From contig CAXXFK010000003.1 in assembly GCA_963663965.2 (NCBI GenBank), positions 1 to 52,858 on the forward strand: DNA of 52,858 bases. Direction: 5' to 3'. The stretch is from Sedimentisphaerales bacterium. Its GTDB lineage: Bacteria > Planctomycetota > Phycisphaerae > Sedimentisphaerales > SM23-30. Numbering within the stretch: the stretch's first letter is position 1; each line of letters starts with the position of its first letter. Positions 1 to 7,505 of this stretch are shown here, one piece after another. The notes beneath the pieces were generated by a model. The model was given only the letters and a program-made list of their open reading frames with translations. It searched no databases and was not told where the DNA came from. The translations under genes were made by a program, and so were the position numbers.

Positions 1-311
1 ACCCAACCGGCCACGCCCGCAGAGCCCCTCTGCGCATTTTTTTGGGGTAGGCTGTGTGCTGGGTGCCATCCTTCAAGCGCAGCTTGTGGGTGGATTTATC
101 GCCTTGTGAATTCCAATATGAAATCTGGTATCCAACCAGCCAATTTGTCGTGGCTGTTATAACAATACGAATGAAATGGAAATCAACAAACTAAAACAAC
201 CTGACATGCTGATTGTAAAAGGCCCGAAGGCCGAAGATCCGCCTCAGGAGGAGCCGACCATTTCTAGCCGGGGTCGTGAGACCGCCGGTCAACGATTGTT
301 TTTAATTTTTT

Positions 312-1095
312 CCACGCCTCGTAGAGGCGTACCGCCAGGATATCTCGCAAAAGAGATAGATAAAACCAACCATGAGCGCAGCGAATACCAAACCAAAACG
401 AAACAAACCCAACATGAAAAAATATCACTCTAACCTCAGCGTTAAAATGAGCTTAACGAAAATAATAATTTCATCCGCCAAATGGCGGATACCCAAAGCG
501 GCCCAACGGGCCGGCATAAAACAGCCCGGGGCAGAGCGAGTCCCGATCCATCGGGACGAGCGCCACCCTGGGTACCAAACCCGAATTTGAAAATTTTAAA
601 CCCACGCCTCGCAGAGGCGTACCGACAGGATTTCGCACCGGAGGCGAAAAATAAAACTAACCATGAGCACAGCGAATACCAACATAAAACGAAACAAAGC
701 CAATGACAAAAAATATCACCCTAACCCCAACAACGAAATGAGCTTAACAAAAAATAAAAAAAAATCCGCCGCTGGCCGCAGGTCCGCCTCAGGAGGACGG
801 ATACCCAAAGCAGCCCATCGGGCCAATATAAAACAACCCAGGGCAGAGCGAGTCCCGATCCATCGGGACGAGCGCCACCCTGGGTACCAAACCCGAATTT
901 GAAAATTTTAAACCCACGCCTCGCAGAGGCATACCGACAGGATTTCGCACCGGAGGCGAAAGATAGAACCACCATGAGCGCAGCGAATACCAAAACAAAA
1001 CGAAACGAAGCCAATGATGAAAATAATGGCCCTAACCCCAACAAAGAACCAAACTTAACCAAAATAAAACCAACATCCGCCACTTGGCGGATACC
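312..1095 (+). repeat. Array of three hairpin-rich units (starts 312, 602, 914; periods 290 and 312 bp)
   Basis: Each unit begins CCACGCCTCG(T/C)AGAGGC and contains ACCATGAGC(G/A)CAGCGAAT, AAACGAAAC(A/G)AA(C/G)CCAA and an ATCCGCC..GGCGGAT hairpin. Confidence 0.95.
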
Positions 1096-1104
1096 ACAAT
1101 TTTA

Positions 1105-1118
1105 AATTCGTAATTCGT
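1105..1118 (+). repeat. Heptamer tandem repeat (AATTCGT)x2 just upstream of RBS
   Basis: Read directly; RBS AAGGAGG at 1137..1143. Confidence 0.8.
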
Positions 1119-1151
1119 AATTAATAATTCCCAACCAAGGAGGTACCAACC

Positions 1152-1991
1152 ATGTCATCTTCACTACGAAGACTCAGAGCCAACCGTCGTAACGCCCAGA
1201 AATCCACCGGCCCCAAAACCCCCGAAGGCAAGGCCATCTCATCGAAAAATGCCATCAAGCACGGCCTCAGCGGCCAGGACCCTGCCCACCTCATCGTCCC
1301 TGGCGAATCCGAACTCACCTACCTCGAATTCCGCGCCGCACTGCTTCAGGATCTCAAACCAACAACCTATCTCCAGCGCCACATTGCCGACCAGATCGTC
1401 TCGGCCGCCTGGCGATTGGAACGATTAGGCCGTATCGAAGCCGAAATGATCGACGCCCGCGTCTATCAACTCCGCCTCACCAACGAAGAAATCCGCAAAG
1501 ACACCGTCATCGACCAGCCCTTCGCCCACTCCAGTATCTACCTGCCCCGCCACAACGAGGTCGGCACCGCCTTCACCCTCGAAACCCCCGCCTTCAACTG
1601 CCTGGCCCGCTACGAAGCCCACCTCAACCGAACCTTCCAGGCCAATCTTAAGCTCCTGCAACAGTTGCAATTACAACAAAAACCAAACGAACCCAATGGA
1701 TATCCCCCAGAGTACCCATTTCCCGACCTGCCCCGCGTCCACATCCCCGACCCGCCCAGAATCCCCACGCACCCCAGCGAAGCCAAATTGGCCCCCGAAT
1801 ACATCAAAGACCGACTCCCCGAATTGATGAAAGACCACAGCGCAACTGACGACCAGGTCTTCAGTTACGCCTGCAACCGCTACGAAGCCCTCAACGATTT
1901 CGCCAACCAGAACGGCGAAGAAGCCCTCCACGCCCTCGGCATCCCCACCAAACCCCCGGCCGACATCCCCATCCCGGAGGATAAGAAATAA
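1152..1991 (+). CDS. Conserved hypothetical protein, 279 aa, ANRRNAQKSTGPKTPEGK..SSxNAxKHG N-terminal motif family
   Basis: Strong RBS; paralog at 47123..47962 differs at 12 of 279 aa, and the nucleotide differences checked in the first 27 codons are all synonymous. Confidence 0.9.
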   Translation: MSSSLRRLRANRRNAQKSTGPKTPEGKAISSKNAIKHGLSGQDPAHLIVPGESELTYLEFRAALLQDLKPTTYLQRHIADQIVSAAWRLERLGRIEAEMIDARVYQLRLTNEEIRKDTVIDQPFAHSSIYLPRHNEVGTAFTLETPAFNCLARYEAHLNRTFQANLKLLQQLQLQQKPNEPNGYPPEYPFPDLPRVHIPDPPRIPTHPSEAKLAPEYIKDRLPELMKDHSATDDQVFSYACNRYEALNDFANQNGEEALHALGIPTKPPADIPIPEDKK

Positions 1992-2173
1992 GATAACATC
2001 AGCCACCACAACCAGAGCATAACACCCATGGATTGATCAAAATAATCGATCCAGCCGGTTTTGCTGCGCACTCAGATAAGGATCCCATTTTCAAATACCA
2101 CTTTAATCGGATCAGGTTTCGAGTATAATCACAGCCTGACCTATAAATTGTTAGTCTTATTCAGAAAGAGGTT

Positions 2174-3553
2174 ATGACCATGATTACTTATCTCAGGTTT
2201 CGTCTTTTCATCTTGGCTGCCTGTCTGCTTTCCGGCCTGATATTAACTACGGGGTATTCCCAGACTCCGGCCCAACCCAATATCGTATTATTTTTTGCCG
2301 ATGACATGGGATACGGCGATCTGGGCTGTTTTGGCAATCCCAATATCCGCACCCCCCATATCGACAGTCTGGCCAAGGGCGGCATCCGTCTGACCTCCTT
2401 TTACGTGGCCGCGTCGCTCTGCACCCCGTCACGAGCAGGATTGCTGACCGGGCGTTATCCTATTCATACCCTGCCGGGCAACCTGGGACCAAGTTCAACC
2501 AACGGGCTCCCACGGACTGAACCGATTATAGCAGAAGTGCTTAAAGAAGCCGGTTATCGGTCGATGGCCATTGGAAAATGGCATCTTGGACATGCCAACA
2601 AGAATATTCTTCCCACCGGACGTGGATTCAGCCGGTTTTACGGACTGCCCTATAGCAACGATATGATCCGGCCGTGGGTCAATACGGATGTCCCACTGAA
2701 ACTTTATGTGGATGACCAGGCTACCAAAACCGTGGATTATGACCAGGAAACCTTGACGGTCGATTATACCCGTGAAGCGGTCAAATTCATCAAAGAGAAC
2801 CAGGGTAATCCGTTTTTCCTTTATATTCCATACAGCATGCCCCATCTGCCGATCAGCACAACCGATCAGTTCCGTGGCCAATCCCCCGGCGGACTCTATG
2901 GCGATGTCATCGAGACCATCGACTGGAGTGTCGGCGAAGTGATCAAAACCCTGCGCGCGCTGAAACTGGAAGAAAATACCCTGATGATCTTTGCCAGCGA
3001 CAACGGCCCCTGGCTGGATCTGCCCGAACGCATGCTGCAACGCGGCGTCAAACCCTGGCATCAGGGCACAGCCGGGCCCCTGCGCGATTCTAAAGCCTCA
3101 ACCTATGAAGGCGGCATCCGCGTGCCGGGAATCTTTTATTGGAAGGGCATCATACCCGCAGGCCAGGTTTCATCCGAAATCGCGTCGAGTCTGGATATAT
3201 TTCCAACCCTGGTAGCTATCGCCCAAGCCCAACTGCCTGAAGGGAAAAAACTGGATGGGTATAACCTCCTGCCGTTTCTGACAGCAAAGGCATCATCACC
3301 TCGACTGGACTTTTATTATTTTCGTGACCGTACCCTGGAAGCCGTACGGGAAGGCGACTGGAAACTACGCTACTCCAACCACCGCAAACCCGGCGTCAGC
3401 GAAAATGATCCGGTAGAACCCGAACTGTTTAACCTGAAAGATGATCCCGGCGAAAAATACAATCAGGCACAAGACCAGCCACAAATCCTCGAACGACTTA
3501 GGAAGAAACTGCAAAAGAAAGCCGAAGAAGTCAATGCGCGTCTGACTTTCTAA
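2174..3553 (+). CDS. Arylsulfatase-family sulfatase, secreted
   Basis: Signal peptide, PNIVLFFADDMG, CTPSRAGLLTGRY formylglycine motif, GKWHLG, SDNG. Confidence 0.95.
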   Translation: MTMITYLRFRLFILAACLLSGLILTTGYSQTPAQPNIVLFFADDMGYGDLGCFGNPNIRTPHIDSLAKGGIRLTSFYVAASLCTPSRAGLLTGRYPIHTLPGNLGPSSTNGLPRTEPIIAEVLKEAGYRSMAIGKWHLGHANKNILPTGRGFSRFYGLPYSNDMIRPWVNTDVPLKLYVDDQATKTVDYDQETLTVDYTREAVKFIKENQGNPFFLYIPYSMPHLPISTTDQFRGQSPGGLYGDVIETIDWSVGEVIKTLRALKLEENTLMIFASDNGPWLDLPERMLQRGVKPWHQGTAGPLRDSKASTYEGGIRVPGIFYWKGIIPAGQVSSEIASSLDIFPTLVAIAQAQLPEGKKLDGYNLLPFLTAKASSPRLDFYYFRDRTLEAVREGDWKLRYSNHRKPGVSENDPVEPELFNLKDDPGEKYNQAQDQPQILERLRKKLQKKAEEVNARLTF

Positions 3554-3598
3554 ATGGTTTGGAAGCGACGAAGCCCCCTAGTTGAGTGTATCCATGTG

Positions 3599-4720
3599 CT
3601 ATGGCAGAAAACGGATGCAAACCGGTTTGCCTACCTTGATTTTATAATCAGTAGGCGTTAATCGGCCGGTATCCAAATCGATCCGAAAGACAATCACCGA
3701 GTCGCTATCCATATTAGCAACCAGACAGAAGTTTCCGGAGGGATCAATATTGAAATTACGCGGAGTTTTGATATTGGCCATTTCATGCTCGACAAATGTC
3801 AGCTTGCCGCTGGCCGGATCGACTTGATAAACCGCAATGCTGTCATGTCCTCGATTGGAACCATAGAGGAATTTGCCATTGGGGTGAATGCAGATTTCAG
3901 CGCATTTATTAGCGCCCTTGAAAGCATCCGGAAGCGTGGAAACTGTCTGGATTTCGTTCAGTGTGCCTGATTGAGCCTGCCAGCTAAAGGCGGTAATGGT
4001 GCCGTTCAGCTCGTTGATAACATAGCCAAACTTTCCATTGGGATGAAAGGAAAAATGACGCGGGCCTCCGCCGAGCTTGACTGTAGCAAAAGCCGGTGTA
4101 TTGGGCGTCAGGATACCCGTGGTATGATCCAGTTGGTAGATCATGAGTTTATCCAGTCCCAGGTCGGCAACGATTACAAAACGATCGTCCGGAGAGGGAT
4201 TGATGGAATGGGCGTGCGGCCCCTCCTGACGCTGTTTGTTGACACTGGAGCCACTATGCTGCATAAAGCCGGTCGGTGCAGCCAGGTGGCCATCAGGCTC
4301 TATCGGGATAACCGACGCACTGCCGCTGCCGTAATTGGCCACCAAAACAAATTTGCCATCCTGTGTCATGTTAACAAAACACGGGCCGTTGCCACCGGAG
4401 GATTGGGTGTTCAAGAGCTGGAGAACACCGGATTCCGGATCAATGGCAAACGCACTGACCGCCCCGGACCTGCCCGACTCGCTGACGGCGTAAAGATAAT
4501 TACCGGAGGAATGAATTGCCAGAAAAGAAGGATTGGGAGTCTTGGCTACCAGAACCGGCTCGGAAAGCTCACCGGATAACCGATCCAGAGTACTGCGATA
4601 GATCCCCTGACTCAAGCCATCTTTGGGGGTATAAGTCCCAAAATAAACCGGAATTGAATCAGCCGGGAGCAAGGTGGCACAGAATAATAACAGGATCGCT
4701 ATAATGATTATATTACGCAT
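3599..4720 (-). CDS. pgl: 6-phosphogluconolactonase / lactonase (7-bladed beta-propeller)
   Basis: YFGTYT, NPSFLA, VANYGSG, RQEGPHAH, DLGLDK, GPRH, TPRNF motifs; start taken at ATG 4720 behind GGAG. Confidence 0.88.
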   Translation of the reverse strand: MRNIIIIAILLLFCATLLPADSIPVYFGTYTPKDGLSQGIYRSTLDRLSGELSEPVLVAKTPNPSFLAIHSSGNYLYAVSESGRSGAVSAFAIDPESGVLQLLNTQSSGGNGPCFVNMTQDGKFVLVANYGSGSASVIPIEPDGHLAAPTGFMQHSGSSVNKQRQEGPHAHSINPSPDDRFVIVADLGLDKLMIYQLDHTTGILTPNTPAFATVKLGGGPRHFSFHPNGKFGYVINELNGTITAFSWQAQSGTLNEIQTVSTLPDAFKGANKCAEICIHPNGKFLYGSNRGHDSIAVYQVDPASGKLTFVEHEMANIKTPRNFNIDPSGNFCLVANMDSDSVIVFRIDLDTGRLTPTDYKIKVGKPVCIRFLP

Positions 4721-4800
4721 TCGAACTCCCTGAATTAAAGGCAATATTAACAAACTACATGAGCTGCTATAAATGCCAAAGCGAACATTCTAATCGCCCT

Positions 4801-5847
4801 TTACTTTGCCCATTGATAAACCCGGACATAATCAACTTCCATAATCTGTGGGAAGGCGCTATCAGGCAGATCGGTGGATTTCTGGCTGGTTCCACCGAAG
4901 AATCCGCCATCGACGGCGACATTTAAAATCATGTGGAACGGTTGGTCAAAAGGCGCGGTTTTGCTATCCGGAGCGCTTTCGGAAGACCATTCATCACTGG
5001 TGCGGGTCTGGAAGCAGACGCCATCGACATACCAGCGAATGGCGTCTTTTTCCCATTCGATGCTATAAACATGGAACGCCTCAGCGGCATTTTTATCGGG
5101 AAAGGTATAGCTGTCGCCCAGGTGTTTATTGCGGGGCCAGCCACCACCAAAATGGATCGTACCAAGGGTTTCGTGTACATTGCTGCCGCGCGATTCCATG
5201 ATATCGATTTCGCCACAGGCCGCCCAGCCACCGTATTTACTATGGGTAGGCATCATCCAGATTGCCGGCCAGATACCCGAACCACCCGGGACTTTGGCAC
5301 GGATCTCAAACCGGCCATAGGTCCACTCACCTCGTTCCAGGGACCGAATACGGGCTGAAGTGTAAGGTTGGGTTTTACCATCCATGGTGGTATGAGGTTC
5401 ACGATAAACAGCCAGATGCAAGCGGCTATCCTTGACATAACAATATTTGGGATCCACGCTGTAAAACTGCTTCTCGTTATTACCGCCCCCGTAGCCGTTT
5501 TCTTCTTTAGACCATTTGGCCGGGTTGAGTTTATCGCCTTCGAATTCATCAGACCAGACTAAAACCCACTGGTCATGCAGCTGGGTAACCCGATATTTCG
5601 CTCCGGGTATGTTTTTTTCATACGTAACGACCTCCTGTCCGGTAGCCTGGCTTGGTTGGCCGATATTTTCCCATAAACCAGAACCAGTCAGGCGTTGCAA
5701 CTGATAAAACTGCCCTTCTTCCCCCAGATAACGCACCTCAGTTACAGCTTGAGTGGTTACTTTTACCTCCGCATCACAATATTGTGATACTAAAGACAAA
5801 ACTAAACTTACTGCCAGCAATATCTTGAATAATGGTTTATATCGCAT
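4801..5847 (-). CDS. Glycoside hydrolase family 16 (laminarinase-like) with N-terminal extension
   Basis: LVWSDEF, YGRFEIRAK, GIWPAIWMM, catalytic GEIDIME, VDYVRVY. Confidence 0.93.
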   Translation of the reverse strand: MRYKPLFKILLAVSLVLSLVSQYCDAEVKVTTQAVTEVRYLGEEGQFYQLQRLTGSGLWENIGQPSQATGQEVVTYEKNIPGAKYRVTQLHDQWVLVWSDEFEGDKLNPAKWSKEENGYGGGNNEKQFYSVDPKYCYVKDSRLHLAVYREPHTTMDGKTQPYTSARIRSLERGEWTYGRFEIRAKVPGGSGIWPAIWMMPTHSKYGGWAACGEIDIMESRGSNVHETLGTIHFGGGWPRNKHLGDSYTFPDKNAAEAFHVYSIEWEKDAIRWYVDGVCFQTRTSDEWSSESAPDSKTAPFDQPFHMILNVAVDGGFFGGTSQKSTDLPDSAFPQIMEVDYVRVYQWAK

Positions 5848-6050
5848 TATTATAACTCCAATATTATTATGTACATATCAACATTCGCATAGGTCACGAC
5901 ACTTAACTAACTATATAACTGGCTTTATTATTTCTTGCAAGCATAATCATCTTAATTCAGATTACTATTGGGGGGTGTGGAAATATTCAGTTAATCCAGC
6001 CGTTTAAGTAAGATATCAGTCCAACAGATCATGTTTTGAAAGGTATTTCA

Positions 6051-7442
6051 ATGAGATATATCTCTATCCATGGAGTAATTCTATTCTTTCTCACGGCGCT
6101 TATTGTGCAAGCCGCACCCGCTAAGAAGCCCAATATACTGATTTATCTGTCGGATGATCATTTACTACTGGATTCCAGTGTTTACGGCGCGACCGATATC
6201 CCCACACCCAATATGGAGAAACTGGCGGCGGCCGGACTGACTTTTAACCGGGCTTTTGTAGCCTCACCGGCGTGTGCCCCAAGCAGGGCCGCCATGCTGA
6301 CCGGCCTGATGCCGGCTCGGAATGGCGCTGAAGCCAATCACACCTACGCTCGACCGGGAACAAAACGATTACCGGCCTATCTGCATGAGTTGGGATACGA
6401 GGTAGTCGCTTTTGGAAAAATTGCCCATGGGAATGATGTGACCGATTGCGGTTTTGATAGTTTTAAGAAAAATGCCGAAGTTCAGGTACTTGGAAAAAAT
6501 GTAACGGAATTCCTGACGCAACGCAAATCCACTAAACCGCTGTGTCTGTTTGTTGGGACCAGCAATCCGCATGTGCCCTGGCCGGCCAAAACCAGTTTCG
6601 ATCCCGCTAAGGTAATCCTGCCGCCCAAGCATATTGACACACCGGAAACCCGGGCCCATCGGGCCATGTACTATCAGGAAATCAAAGACCTGGACATTTT
6701 GCTGGGTGATCTGATGCAGTTATCTAATCAGTACCTGGGCTCTGAGACGATTATGATGTATTCAAGTGATCATGGCGCTCAATGGCCGTTTGGCAAATGG
6801 AATCTCTATGACGCCGGTATCCGCTGTCCGCTGATCATTGCCTGGCCTGGTGTGACAAAGCCCAATACCCAAACAGAAGCCATGGTCAGCTGGATAGATT
6901 TTCTGCCCACCCTGATCGAAATTGGTGGGGGACAGCCGCCTTTGGATATTGATGGCCAATCCTTTGTAAAGGTATTAAATAATCCGCAAGCGACTCACCG
7001 GGATCGTATTTATACGACCCATAGCGGTGATGGGGACAAAAATGTATATCCCATTCGTTCTCTTCGTACGGAACAATACAAATATATCTGGAATCTGCAT
7101 CCGGAATATGCCCATACCAATCATTCTGACTTACTGCTGAAGCCGGGCGCCGGGGCATACTGGCGGTCCTGGGAAGAAAAAGCCAAAACCGATCCTGAAG
7201 CCAGGGCCATTATGGATAAATATCATCAACGGCCGTCTGAAGAGCTATATGATATCACCAAAGATCCGTGGGAAGAAAATAACCTGGCTGAACAACCTGA
7301 GTTTCAAGCCCTTAAAAAGGAAATGCGTCACGAACTGGAAAAATGGATGGAAGAACAAGGCGATCAACGCACAGTGTTTAATACCCCCCGGCCACTGAAC
7401 AAACCGGAAACCTACGCAATTGGTGCAGATATCAACAAATAA
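6051..7442 (+). CDS. Sulfatase (N-sulfoglucosamine sulfohydrolase-like)
   Basis: KPNILIYLSDD, CAPSRAAMLTG, SDHG, EELYD..DPWE..NLA; start at ATG 6051 after GAAAGG. Confidence 0.92.
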   Translation: MRYISIHGVILFFLTALIVQAAPAKKPNILIYLSDDHLLLDSSVYGATDIPTPNMEKLAAAGLTFNRAFVASPACAPSRAAMLTGLMPARNGAEANHTYARPGTKRLPAYLHELGYEVVAFGKIAHGNDVTDCGFDSFKKNAEVQVLGKNVTEFLTQRKSTKPLCLFVGTSNPHVPWPAKTSFDPAKVILPPKHIDTPETRAHRAMYYQEIKDLDILLGDLMQLSNQYLGSETIMMYSSDHGAQWPFGKWNLYDAGIRCPLIIAWPGVTKPNTQTEAMVSWIDFLPTLIEIGGGQPPLDIDGQSFVKVLNNPQATHRDRIYTTHSGDGDKNVYPIRSLRTEQYKYIWNLHPEYAHTNHSDLLLKPGAGAYWRSWEEKAKTDPEARAIMDKYHQRPSEELYDITKDPWEENNLAEQPEFQALKKEMRHELEKWMEEQGDQRTVFNTPRPLNKPETYAIGADINK

Positions 7443-7505
7443 GAAAAATTGGCCAGCAAATAATCTCGTGGCAATTCAGCATCATACTGGATTACCTTTT
7501 TCGCT

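Larger units (their letters stand above)
1..1991 (+). mobile_element. Copy A of dispersed element: leader + 3-unit structured repeat array + 279-aa gene (5' end may lie outside window)
   Basis: Reverse complement of base 1 onward matches 50639 downward; homology with copy B runs through the array and gene and stops at the stop codon. Mobility is inferred, not shown. Confidence 0.5.

Noticed and set aside
312..1095. CRISPR array
   Set aside because: Units are ~300 bp and degenerate, with no 23-50 bp identical repeats separated by unique spacers; no cas genes in the window.
176..1105. Short ORFs in the array (MSAANTK.., MSTANTN..) and their counterparts at 48038..48430 and 50142..50736
   Set aside because: No RBS, frames and stops differ between units, and indels are not multiples of three; best explained as translations of repeats.
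1152..1991. DGR template/variable repeat pair between the two gene copies
   Set aside because: Differences are spread along the gene, largely synonymous where checked and not adenine-specific; no reverse transcriptase in the window.
3971..4579. 202-aa plus-strand ORF and similar nested ORFs within long genes
   Set aside because: Antisense or alternate-frame overlaps of well-supported genes.
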